Shown here piece by piece: positions 13,422-26,640 of a stretch of 64,000 bases of DNA. The stretch comes from Octopus sinensis (taxonomy: Eukaryota): positions 2,480,001 through 2,544,000 of the forward strand of contig NC_043008.1 of the NCBI RefSeq assembly GCF_006345805.1. The letters run 5' to 3'. Under the pieces are notes generated by a model, which saw nothing but the letters and a program-made list of their open reading frames with translations, was not told where the DNA came from and made no database searches. Both the position numbers and the translations under genes were made by a program. How positions within the stretch are numbered: the first letter of the stretch is position 1; each line of letters begins with the position of its first letter.

Positions 13422-14317
13422 TACATACATATGTATACGTTATATATATGTATACATTATATATATGTATGTGTGTGTGTATTATTTGCATCTTAAGCTG
13501 TAAGCATTACTGTGAATCCGAAATAAACTAGAAACATCACACATGACATTCTAAGTTATTTACAATAGCCTCAGTAGCGATTATTTGGAAAACAATTGGT
13601 TATGTTAGTAATACGTCACTTCAGAAATGATATTTTCTAACATTTTTGTAAGCCGTGGTTGTGGATAAGAACGTTGCTATCGCTTTTGAAAATGATGATA
13701 AATGTTGATAAAAATATGGTGTTGCAGATAAAGTATCGTACTTATCGTTGTTTTCCACCAGATCTTCCTCAGCCAACGGAACTACGATCAACATATTCCA
13801 GCTGACGCAGTGTCGTTTAGTTATTGAACACCCAGGGACATAATTATCATTCTGTTTGGGGATTGTAGAATGTGATTTGTGAGGCTACACATGAATAACA
13901 AAAACCATTGGCAAAAACAATTATAGCTAGAACGGTGCCTAACTGTTTACGACTCTGCTCATATCAAGTGATGGGTAATGTTGGTTTGAGGATGGTGGTG
14001 ATGATAGTGTTACTACTGCTGTTTGAACTGTCGTGTTTCTGCTGCTGATACAGGCCTAGGATGTGGTTAATGTATCGATGAGAAAAAGACTAGCGGTGTT
14101 CTTGTAACACATATTACAATATGTATCTGTGCAAATCATATACGTGTGATAAAGTCCTTACATAACAACTCTTCGATCTCCACTTTCATTTCTGCCGACA
14201 GCTCAGAAATTTGATGTATGAGCACCAATTCTCATATTGTTTTATGCCAAACCGATGCAGCTTCAATATATCGCTATCCAGAAAATACATATTTCCTCAT
14301 GTTTTTCAAACGCAACA

Positions 14318-14547
<230 letters not shown>

Positions 14548-16599
14548 ATAGTTAGTTGTGCGACACAATAATTGACAGATTATAACGAAGAAAATGACAA
14601 GAGCGTAAGTGATAAACCAATCGTTAATAAATTAAATGTGATATAGAAGCTAAGAGCAACAAAGTAATATATGATCACACACTTTTGTGAAGAGGGAACG
14701 CAACGAATCTGGAATCAAGTATTTATACATTAATATTTCACTAAATATCTGAAATTTTATTCATATTTCATACAGTTGCTATTTTTTCCGTTATATTTCA
14801 GTGACAGCACGTTAAAATTATTATTTGAATTTCAAAACGATTTACGTAAACTTGTATGTGACTCATCGCCATATGCTTACAATTGCGTTATTACCTTAAA
14901 GGAATATTTCAAAATGTATACAGCACTCGAAGAAATGTTATCATACCATTGTGATCCTTACGCATTGTACCCTCAAAGAATTCCTTTGGCAAAGTTAGCG
15001 TCATGCCATAACAAAATGATTAATGAGTCCCGGAGACAAACCTCTACTTGACTGACATGAATACTCCAATTTTCCCAGTTTATTGAAATTTTCAAGTTCA
15101 AATCGACCATATCGTACAAAGAATTAACCAACCAAATCTTTGCCCACATGTGAGTATATAGAACCCTCGTCAATGCAATCTACTATACTTAAAAACTGGC
15201 CCATTTATATTTGGAGAATTTTCGTTAAGTATTATATCAAAACAGGCAACAATGTTATTCATCCAGGTTTTCTAGACATTAAGAAAATGTTTTCATTATC
15301 CATTTTAATACGGTGTCAGTAATAATCTAGGATGTTTATGATCAAATGCTGCGCAGTTGGGGCCGTGAAGAAGGTGAGATGATGCCATTTTTTTCTCAAA
15401 TTACTGGGCAGATTATATAGAAATTCCTCCATTTCATGCATCACTCGATCATTATCTTGTTGAACCCTGTATAGTATTCATATTATCTGGAATTTATTGC
15501 ATGAATCAATATGCAATCTGATGCAATAATAACCATCAAACACCCAATCGATAATTGATTTGTGGTTGTCACCACAAAATCCCATATTTGGGTCAATAGT
15601 CATTGCATGTTTTGTATTGGGAGAAGGAAGAATTATTAAATTATTCCACACCACTATTATTATTTCTTGCCATCAGAGTGCGGTTACAGCTGTTTCTTTT
15701 ATCATTGTTATTATCGTTTGTAGTAATTTGGTGTAGTCGGTGTTGCTATTATTCTTGTTAGAATTGTTGCAGTCATTTGCATCATTGTTTTTCTTCTTCT
15801 TTTCTCCCATGGTTACAGCCACCGAGGGAAGTAAACAGTAAACTTGTGTACTATGATACATGGTAATACAAAATCCGCCATTTGATTTCTTAAATGTTAT
15901 TTCGCTGTATATTTTAACAAATGAAGTACCACCGCAGACGACCGGACTGAAGATATTTGCAGCGATGATTTCCATTTGATTACGCGCGTTTCCTCTAGAG
16001 GTTCAAAGGTGAGCTTATCTCTCGTCGTGCACAAATACCTGTATCAGGTATATACCTAACTACGCGTGAGTTTGTGTGTATGAGTGTGGGTGTTACTGTT
16101 GGCAACCTAACACATATAGCAACACTAACTGTGGCGCAATTGAAGCTAAATATAATAGATAGAATGATGTAGTACCTTACAATCAATGTCAAAGTTCGTA
16201 CGTTTGGCGTTTGTTGTAGCGTTAAAAATGAAAAGAAAAAAACACTAAAACAATAAAAGCGTTGGGAGAAATTAAAAAAATATATTACAGAAAAAGTGAA
16301 AGAAAGATGTAAATGCAAATATATCAGACAGCGATGGGACTGATAACAATATTCGTAATTTGTTGTGATGTTGATTGATTTATAAATCTTACATATTTTC
16401 TCATTTTCTTTGTGTAGTTCTTCGCCATTTACACATCTCTTGTTTCAAAACTGGTACTGATAACTATTTACTTATACCTAAAATCTAGAGAGGCGTATAC
16501 CGCTAAATATTCAGAGATTGCTATAAATAATATATATATATATATATTACATTCCTTCTTGTTATGATGGATAGGTGGCAATATGCATTCAGTAGAAAC

Positions 16600-16740
16600 A
16601 TATATTAGAGTATTTGAACAGCATTCACACACAATGCTCGAATGGTGCTGCCAGACGACTGTTGGAAGCCGCTTAGAAGGCAAGGCAATTCATTTGGCTT
16701 CGGAAAGAGAAGACGACTGGTACAGCAAAACCAGCATTGA
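16600..16740 (+). mobile_element. Possible 3' end of a restriction-like-endonuclease LINE ORF (HERO/R2-like), degraded
   Basis: One frame reads AARRLLEAA*KARQFIWLRKEK, resembling the 'EAAEKASxWLWLRR' C-terminus of RLE-type non-LTR elements. The match is short and recognised from memory only. Confidence 0.3.
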
Positions 16741-19700
16741 GGGTAGTAGACATATTTGGCCCATACTCATAATATCTTACTGAACAATGCTGGTGTCGGA
16801 GTTGTGTTGCCACCAACACCGCGGGTTACTCTGGTGCCGGAATGGAAAAAGTTAAATGTCACATAGATCTTTCACCGTTTGATGAGAAATCGACTCCTAC
16901 ATTTGGAGACAAAGCGCAGAAGCACACCGAACATCCCTATGTTTATCCTAAAAACCTCATGTGAAATCAAAGCAAACCAACCTGCAGTCACAGTTTATGG
17001 GGTTCATACTTACGATTTCATTTCCGATGAATATTTCTACTTTAATCTTTAATACAACATAAAGAATGTAATCAATGCATACATTTGTTACATGTATATC
17101 AAGAAGAAATATCACATGTTAAAATATTAGTGAAATGAAATTATGACATCACAAATTGTTTTGTAATTACTTTACAGTAGCAAATATTGAATTATGATTT
17201 TGGGGGTTCTGGGGGCACTTCCTTTCAGATACAGTGTAATCGTTTATAATTTTCATGAGCATGCGAGCGATTTTAGGGAAGACATTTATTTGATTATATT
17301 AATCAAAACACTTGACTACTTCTTTATTTTACCAACTCTAAAGTGCCAACTGCAAATTTGACTTCGGAGAATGGGTGAAAATTTGGCATAAATATTACAG
17401 GGAATCCACTAATATTGTGTTCGATGCACATCCGATTTTGACTGTTGCCTTATAAATCATATTGCCTGTGGATTACTACTTGCTCTGCTGCTCATATTGT
17501 TGTGGCTCATGCTGTTGACGATGATGATGACAGTATAGTTTCAAAGACGGCGATGGTTATTTTCATGCTTTTCCCTCCTCAATTCGATAATTTAAATGTG
17601 TTGCTTGAAGAGACTGAAGTGCAATACCATTCGAGGCGCTAACATATGTTTATCATGGTTAAGCATTAACACAGTTTGGTTGCAAAACAAGATCGAGAAC
17701 TAGCGTTTACAATATGAAGCACAATAATGTATACAACAGAATATTCATATAAAGAAATCTTCTGGTTCGAAACAGTAATGTATGGTTCGAATAAAATTGG
17801 CTACTGTATCAAGCAAGTGTTGTGAATGTATTAATACAATTGATTGCATTGCCATTGTAGATTAATTAATTTGATATTTGTAAGGGTAGTTTATTCATAT
17901 AGGTGATTATGTATTTATTAATAGTGAAATTACCCTGACATATGTTGCTTCTGTAGTTGCTAGTACGAAGCTATACACAGTCTCACTCACTTCTCCTGGT
18001 TTTTCACTTCTAAATATTATCTCTAACATTCAATATAATTTCATCAACTTTCCCAAATTTATTCATTTCGATGCATCAAGATAACATTTCGTAACTCACA
18101 ATTATAAATTCTCTTCTAGTCTCACACCAAAACACATATAAATAATTATTATTTAATTATATTTTCCCCTTATTTACACACTTCAACAGAAAAACGAATA
18201 TTACAAGAAAAATAGGCTAATGATAAAAAAAAGCTATAGCCTCGTACGACTTGTAATATAAGAAAGATCATGGGTGAGATTTTATGATGTTATAAATGAA
18301 AAATAAGAAAGTAAAAGATAAGAGAAATGAAATTTCTCCAGAAGATTCAGGAGATAATGTAAACTATGATAAAAAGTCTCACATTGGTGTTTCTGACACT
18401 AACGATAATTGTCTAATGTTAGCTTTTACTATGATTAAAACTCATAGAGCCCTTGTTAGATTTCCTGATTGTATTTTGTCATTTACTTTTTCTTAAATGT
18501 GAGGAAAGATCCCAAATTATTTTCATGCGAAAAGGCGTGCCAATAAACGAATCCATATATATATATAAAATACCAAGTTATATCTTGAGATCGCTAGTGA
18601 CAACGCACAAAACATATAACAGACTGGAATAGTAGTGCTCAAATAAATATATATATATATATTCAACAGTTTCAATATGCACGCCTGTAGTGTGATACCT
18701 TTCATATAAATGTATAATTTCGAAGTATCATATGCATGTTGCATAATGCTATTGACTAAACCCAGAGTATGTAGTAAAAACCGCATCTCGTGAACTACAC
18801 ATATACCAGCATGCATAAGAACTGTTATCATACACAAGTGTAACAGATTCTAATCGAAAATAACTTTCTTTTATTTTAATGAACTCTTTTCTGAGGGAAG
18901 CGTATGATTAGACAAGGTTGTTTTAACGCAGAGACATTTCCACGGAGGTACAACTTCACAGATTCCATGTCTCCAATTTTTCGAACCGATCTGGGATTTC
19001 ACACCACCGAACTTCAAAAGATATTTTCCAAAGTTTCTCCCTGATTCTAATTAATTTGCTCCTCCTAAAATACATTTCGTGTGCGTATTAATTCGGCCGT
19101 TCCTATGGAAGTTATTGCCAAGACAGTTTTGATTTTTTAACTTCTTTTAGAATTAAATTAGTTTGACAGCAGCAGAAACATTATACACGATTCGAGGTTT
19201 GGTTGCTATTACAATTTAAGTAAACAGTTAGCGCCATGGTCAAATCTTACGGTTTGTACGCTCATGCTTCTGATGTCAGTCTATTTTGTTTTATTCCAGG
19301 ATTCTGTAATTTGCAGTAATACAAGCAACAGTCATTCAAAAGGGAGATTATATCAATCAAATTCAACATAATCAATTATTTTCAATGTACCCCTCCGTTG
19401 TCATCATTCGTGAAACCATTTTAGATGATACATCATTTAAGGGTAACAGAAATATCAACTGGACCAACCTGCATGATATTTTCAGTTGGACTCTGATGTT
19501 GGTTTCCTTTATACTCTTGTTGCAGTTACTTAATCTAATATTGTTCCTATCTATTTTCTGGTACGCACTAATTGATACTTCCTACCATGACCATTACTAT
19601 GATTAATTATTTTATATGTGCTTCCCATTTTTCAAAGTAGTAAGGTGTGTTATCTATCATATTTTCTAACAGGTTATGGAATACTAATTATTTTTTGTTG

Positions 19701-22700
19701 ATTATAAGTAAACTAGTATTAATTTTCATACCATTAGTTAGATTTACTGGCGATGTATTGATCCACATATACCTGGTTATTCGACAAGCACGAAGATGAG
19801 GCCACAGATTTGACCCGTGATCCGCTTTACATAAAAAAAACGGACGGTTACATATTTTTATGTGTGATGTTGTAATGTTAAGTCCCGCGATGGAACCTCA
19901 CTGCACAGTGTCCATCCTCGTCCATGACACATACATTTCGTAATCCTTCTCCAAACCTATCTTAACGGTGACAGTAATCTTAACAATCTGCTCATGATTA
20001 TGATAAATACTACAATGTCAGGCAAGAAAACGTTTTCTAAATTTTCTCGACTCATTCGGGGTTTCCTCAGTCGTTAGAGAAGCATCATTTGATTTTGTTT
20101 ATCACTTTTTGCCCAAGGTCATTTCTCATCAACTACGTTTATAATAGAGGGCTTCCCTGTTGCGTTCATCTTGCTTTAATTTCTGTATTTAATATTTATT
20201 TAATTGTTTTTCTATCTGAAATTTCATTATTCACAATGTATCTCGTTATGAAGTCGATAGCTTTCAATTAGAAATGAAATTTAGCTGATATTCTCAGCAT
20301 GCTGCTCGACCAATCAGAGTCTTTCTATTTCTGTCTACCTCGGTGGCATTGCTACTGTTGTTCTCTCTTCAAAATCCTATCCAGGCATTTGTTGTCTCAT
20401 CTAGTATTGTATCTCCTACGTAATCAACTATATTAGTTTCTTTCTGGCAATAACACTTTAAAATTTTAACGTGCTCAATGTTATTATCCAGATACAAACA
20501 TCAAATTTTAATGTGAAAATTTTATCACAAAAGCAGAATTGAAGAATTTTGAAATTGTCCATCCTCTACGATTTTATAAGTGTTAATTGTTTCCAGCTAT
20601 TGTGTGCGGAGACATTTTTAGTACTGTCATTGTATTTGTGCTATTATTCCCAAATCTGATCTAATCGACTATATATGTAAATAATAAAAAGCAATACAGC
20701 CTTCACCATTATCTTCTTGAATCATACACAATACATGTAAGACGACTATGCCAAATTTAGTCTATGCCTCTTTTTTTGGGAATGTAGGTCGTGGCTTAAT
20801 TTTAATGTGACTCCTATTTCTAGCTTAATCTTTCATTGCATAGAGACAATTTAATGGTTATGCATAGTGAAGTTGATGTTGCTGTACCTATATGGAGAGT
20901 TGTTCTAGTGGTAGTAAGCAAATATCTAACACAGGTGACAATGTATTTTGATATACCCACATATGTTTAAACACAGACATGCACACACACACATACACAC
21001 GCAGACACACATACACTCGTACGCATACACTGCATTACACGTAAGCAGGCATAATCTATTGTAAATATGAATCAGTGTGAAAATTCTTTAATCACACATG
21101 CCAAAATATTGTGGTACTTACAATACAATAAACAACCATAAATTATGACTTACAAAACGATAAGGGGCTTTGCAACAACAGCAGTGATGTAGTATCGGTT
21201 AAGGTGGTGGTGAGGTGAGGCAGTAGTCGTGAAGGCGGTAGTAATGATGACAACGTCTACTGAATTTGTGCTCAATTTTTTAGGAAGGTTTTTTTTTCAG
21301 AGACTTTAGGTATCATTAACTATGGCGAGAATAACTTTAAAAACAACACTAGTAATATCTACAATTATTTCATATTTTGTATAACAACAGCTTAATAGTT
21401 GGAAGTTTCCAGAAATATATGAAATATATAATGTATTTCGATAATGTATTTTGCTTAGAAATTTTTCTTAATCGGTGTGAAAGTCAACATCGGAGAATTG
21501 AACGTACTTATATTTCAGTTTACGCCGAAAAGTATTGAATATCCACTACGGAAGAAATTTAATGACGCTCACTTTTGTTATTTTTCTATAAAGAAAAAGC
21601 GAAACAACGTTCATTTCGTTTTTACACATTTTAATATGCTACATTCCATTCTTATTTAGTTCATACGGTTAGGATTCATCTCATCCTACCACTGTAACAA
21701 TGGATTTCAACCGAGTTCGGGGATCTCAAAATAAATCAGTAATATTGATGCAGGTTAGGCTTCAAGTTTATGAAGTTCAAATACTTTGTTGGATCGCATT
21801 TCCCTTTCACTGCATACAAACGTGTACAAAGTTATTTCGTTACAGTCTCATATTTCCGTCTCACTGCATACAAACTTGGACAACGATTTCTCACTACAGT
21901 CTAAATCTCTTAAACGCTTTCATCGAAAATTTTCGATAGCGACGGCAATTTTTCCCTAAACATTTTGTTCCTTTCCCCATATACTTACGTGTCTTTGCGT
22001 GTGAATGTGATTTTGTCTGCCAGGGAAGACTGAAACACATGAACATATACACACGCATTTCACTTCACACAAGGACACATATAGAGACATATATCCATAC
22101 ATAAAGGCACAGTACATAGTCACAAAAACCCACACATAGACACACATGCAATCACACACATAAAAACACACAAACATGAACACACAAAGATATGAACACG
22201 CAAAATACATACATAAAGCGTACACACACACATATACACAAACACACATAAATACATGCATACACACACTTATATCCATGCATACATTCTTTTCCTTTGG
22301 ATTTCAATAAGATATTCACATCAGCCAGGCAGCCGGCATTTATAACGGTACGTACATGTTTTCTTGCATGTCCCAAACAACAATATCTGCCCTGTTATAT
22401 TTACGCTTGACAGATGTTTTGATGAGAATGTTCCACCAGTATTCCTTGTGCTGCTCTTTGGGAACCTATTAAATAGCAGGTGCATTATTTATTCTTTATT
22501 CTAGGACAGTCTTTTTCCGAAACAGTATTGTATATTGCTTCTGTGACAACGTCATGTCCCACAGTGAGTTAGTATCTTAATGTCACTTTTGGACGGTTGC
22601 TAATCACATGCGGGATGTATTCTAGAGAAATATGACATAAAGTACACTTTTAGTTGCATCTTGGAACTCCAAAGGCTTCAAAATATCTTTTTGTTAACTA

Positions 22701-22708
22701 GGCAGTTG

Positions 22709-22710
<2 letters not shown>

Positions 22711-22740
<30 letters not shown>

Positions 22741-22815
22741 TGTATGTATGTATGTATGTATGTATGTATGTATGTATGTATGTATGTATGTATGTATGTG
22801 TGTATGTATGTATGC
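22711..22815. repeat. (TATG)n tetranucleotide microsatellite
   Basis: Long near-perfect TATG array. Confidence 0.97.
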
Positions 22816-23792
22816 ATGTAGGGACTACAGGACCTGAGCAGTCGATAATGACGGAGCTATTCCTGAAATATGCACATGATGAAAGTTGCTATTGGAGGAT
22901 TGATGACGTAAAAGAAAATGTGAAAATTAAAATAAAATCATATGTATCTTTCCGAAGTATTATTGAGATTTGATTATCGTAATATGTACAAAACGGTGAA
23001 GTCATTTGTTCAGTCGTTACTCTGCATATTGTTGTTTTATCGAAATATATGCTGTACCTGATCTCACATATATTGTACATGTATACGTATTCAAATTTTC
23101 TAAAACATGCATATTGCCACCCGGAAAGATGATCGTAGAAACATGTTACATGCATTTTAAAAATGTCTTCATATTTAGTCTACGCAAAGCCTGCGTAGCA
23201 TCATTTCCAGTTTCTTCCAACCACGCGTATTTTCTGAAATTTTAAATTGAACTTTTTGAAAACATGTATTTTCCATATGGTTTCACTTGTTGATGACGAA
23301 ATTTGCATTCATATTTTCGAAAACTTAATAATAACGAATCTGAATGTAAAATTATGAATTTTTAGCCAGTGAACGTTAGCCATATATGCGAGTTTTATAT
23401 GGTGCTACCGGTAAGAGGAATATTATCTCTAGGAAATAAATTTGTTTACTCAGAAATTTCTTTTATTGACATTCCATATGTTTTTGTTTCATTTTAGCTG
23501 TTACTTTCAGCGGATCGACGCCAAGAACCCGTGACTATGGCAAAGATATAATTCTAATTGTACATCAACATGTCTTCATGTGTTTCGCAGTATACAAGAA
23601 AGGTGTTCACTTTCTTCCATTACATTCCATGTAAGAAAAAATTAATATTCCTTATTTCAACATTGTCTTCTTTAATTAATTTTTTTCTATAAGCCATTCT
23701 TTTTAAAACTGTTTTTCAAATTGATGTCCCCGTAATGTTTTCAGCTTAAAAAATGTGTGTGCGTTTCCGTGTGCAATCGACGCTATATTGCA

Positions 23793-23806
23793 GTTGCCAT
23801 GGAAAC
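23793..23806. promoter_or_regulatory. RFX X-box-like motif GTTGCCATGGAAAC
   Basis: One mismatch from the palindromic RFX consensus GTTGCCATGGCAAC. No TSS could be demonstrated. Confidence 0.35.
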
Positions 23807-24851
23807 AGTTTAGGTTTCTGTTTGTGAGATAACTGCACTTATTTCATTATAATACTTTTATCTTCTTAACTCTTTATTTTTCGAAAAAAATATAGTGAAT
23901 TCTGTCATCAGCATGCAAATCAATATCAGTGTGAAATCATCGCAAACAATTCATAGAAAAATCTTCAAGTGGTTAATAAAAATGCACAAAGCATTTACAA
24001 TATATTTGATAAATTCGGTTTGGATCTACAAAAGTACTATTCAATAGCAGAGCAAAAGGCTCTGAAGTCATATTTCTTGTATAATCCATAAGGAGACACC
24101 AATATAACGTGGCTACCTCAATTTTCAATCAGAAATTTCAGGTTTACTTTCTTCTAAAATCGAAAAATGCATGTTTGCATACAGTGAAAATATGAACTGG
24201 ATAAAATTGAATACACTATACCTCGCAGTAATTTGAATATAAGGGGTAATAGTGGAATACAGCGGAATATGTGAAGTAGAATAATTAATAGAGAAATACC
24301 TGTTTGTACAAATACGTATAGCTTATTTAATATATATTGAAACATGGCGTATTATATAAATTTATTTAATAGATTTATTTATATACTCATCACAATTAAT
24401 TAGCATAAACTTCACAATCAATGAGCATAGATGTTGAACGCTATGTGTCAAAGAAGACCGTAGAATGGACTTTGGATTATATAAATTAAAGTGAACGATT
24501 CTATTCTCGCCTTTGTCAAGTGATTTAGAATGGAAATCACATAGAAATTCTACAGCTTTCACTCGCGTGACCCTTTAAAATTGCTCTTTCGACTTCCAGA
24601 TTGAGACTACTTATATATGTGAGTATATGTGTTTACAACTGCATACGAATACGTGTGTTATATTCCCTTGTGTGTGTATATGAATGTGCCTGCGTGAACG
24701 TTTGTGAATACGCGTGTATTGATGCGTTGGTCTGTGGTCGTGGGGGTTTGAGATATGATAGATTCATTTCACAGGGAAACACAATGGAGAAAACTTTAAG
24801 ATTCTATTTTAACATCTGACGACATAATCATTTGTGTGCGTATATATATAT

Positions 24852-24907
<56 letters not shown>

Positions 24908-25054
24908 TTTGCAGTGTTTCACCAAAAGGGTTAATTATAACTGTCATTAAATGTAACTAGGGTGTTCAGGAATTCCTATATTGCTAGAAATAAGAGCTAA
25001 ACAGCTCTAATGCTGTCGTTAACCATTATTGTCCGAAAATTGCCGATCAAGGAT

Positions 25055-25100
25055 TCTTAATATTGATGTCAGTTTCGGCAAATTCCCTTGCATCATTTGT
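25055..25100 (-). ncRNA. Degenerate hammerhead ribozyme copy 1 (family A)
   Basis: Minus strand reads aaTGATG-CAagggaattTGCC-GAAA-ctgacatcaa-TA-ttaaga. The 3' half is kept; the CUGAUGA core and stem II are damaged by a ~3-nt deletion. Confidence 0.6.
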
Positions 25101-25121
25101 AATGTGTGTCTGTGTGTGTGT

Positions 25122-25164
<43 letters not shown>

Positions 25165-25621
25165 GTCACAAATATCCAAACTCAGATACACTCAGACATG
25201 CGCACGCAAGAACACAGAAGCTACACAATACACACGCATAAAAAAAAAAACACAAACATGTTGATGCTAGTATATTATCCCTTTCTCCTCCGACTTTAAG
25301 TTCATGCAATTGAAAAGACCGCTCAATTGTTCGGCTCTTTCCGGATCGCTTCGCCATTAGAATTTATGTTTCGTCAGCCGAAGTATTGGATGATATAGCG
25401 ATTTGCTAATGTGTATATATAAGATTGATGTAGACACCAGTTTGAAGTGTTACACCATAATGGAGAATTATAATTGTTACTAAAAGTGATTAGCGCGTTA
25501 GTAAACACGTAAATTGCAAGAAATAATAGCTGATCCGCTCAAATACTGTCGTTAACTTACGTGAATGAAAACATATACACAAACAGGGACCGTAATTTTC
25601 CGAAAAGTACCGATCCAGAAT

Positions 25622-25672
25622 TCTTAATACTGACATCAGTTTCGGCAGTTTCTTTTGCCTCATCAGGTAAGA
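25622..25672 (-). ncRNA. Minimal type I hammerhead ribozyme copy 2 (family A), catalytic core intact
   Basis: Minus strand: tcttac-CTGATGA-GGCA-aaagaaac-TGCC-GAAA-ctgatgtcag-TA-ttaaga. CUGAUGA and GAAA are intact, stem II is 4 bp closed by G-C, stem III is near-palindromic, and the site is GUA. Stem I has 5 of 6 pairs, with a C.U mismatch next to the core. Confidence 0.8.
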
Positions 25673-25913
25673 CATTTCCATTAGCATTAGAGAAGTTCAG
25701 CTTTTATTTCTAGCAATGTAGGTGCTTCCTAACACCCTAGTTCCATTTAGTGACAGTTATAATTCTCCTTTATGGTGAAGCGTTGCAAACTGCTGTTTAT
25801 ATTTATTTTACATATACTCATTCGGGAATCGCTAAATCATCCATTAACTTGGCTGACGAAATTATAAATACTAATGGCGGAGTGAGTCCGGAAACTGCCG
25901 AAAAATCGGGCAG

Positions 25914-25964
25914 TCTTAACTGATGAGGCAACGGAAATTGCCGAAGCTTACGTTAGTGTTAAGG
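25914..25964 (+). ncRNA. Hammerhead ribozyme copy 3 (family A), mutated
   Basis: tcttaa-CTGATGA-GGCAA-cggaaa-TTGCC-GAAG-cttacgttag-TG-ttaagg. Stems I and II are intact; GAAA is changed to GAAG and GUA to GUG. Confidence 0.7.
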
Positions 25965-26299
25965 ATTCTCGAGTGCGTATGGATGTATTTGTCTTTTTTT
26001 AATATCTGCCCACACTCATATACTCTCGAATAATTCTGACAGCATTCTTATTCCGATGCAAATATACAGATATATCTATGTAAATATATTTCTGAAAGTT
26101 TAATGCACAATATTGCAGCATGACGAAAATTCCATTATGTCGTCACTAACAAGTTCAAAATAGACTTTTCAATAATTAATATGAATTTGAAAGAATCTGA
26201 GATTTCACTGCATTTCTTTCAGAAAATTTCAGCTGAATTGTGTGAAATCTAGTTTGATAGAGATATGGTCGATTCTAATACTGGAGCTGAATTTGATGA

Positions 26300-26640
26300 T
26301 GATAATGATGCTGGTGAATAACAATTATCATGATGAGGATGATGGTGTTGGTGGTGCTAGAAGTGGTGGTACGGTTGCATGATGATATGGTGTTGGTGTG
26401 TTGCTCGCACCGTTCGTGGTGGCAGTGGTCGTAGTATCGATGCTGATAGTGATGATGATGATGAGGGGAAGGAGGCGAGGACGATGACGATGGTGACGCT
26501 TAAAATGCTGCTGATGATGATGGTTATATTCCTCGTCTTCGATGATAACGATGACGACTATGGTTATGTTCATATCCGTAGTCATAAATATGATACTGCC
26601 GTGGCGCTGATGATGATCATGATGAGATGTGGTGGTAGTA
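26300..26640. repeat. Degenerate (GAT/GGT)n low-complexity tract
   Basis: GAT/GGT/GAC-rich. It generates the H-rich and M/D-rich pseudo-ORFs 26328- and 26379+. Confidence 0.75.

Larger units (their letters stand above)
24905..25985. mobile_element. Hammerhead-bearing tandem and inverted repeat array (retrozyme or Penelope-like pseudo-LTR), monomer ~310-350 nt
   Basis: Three homologous segments recur. Segment X is at 24905-25014(-), 25438-25556(-) and 25683-25792(+). Segment W is at 25318-25412(-) and 25817-25913(+). The hammerhead is at 25055-25100(-), 25622-25672(-) and 25914-25964(+). The order is HHR-X-W-HHR-X on minus and X-W-HHR on plus. Confidence 0.8.

Noticed and set aside
14940-15680. 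Complex sequence with short protein-like frames on minus
   Set aside because: Frequent stops in all frames and no motif I could assign.
21989-22029. 41-nt candidate exon on minus (TTTCAG|...|GTAAGT)
   Set aside because: All frames are open, no peptide is recognisable, and such signal pairs are expected by chance in 64 kb.
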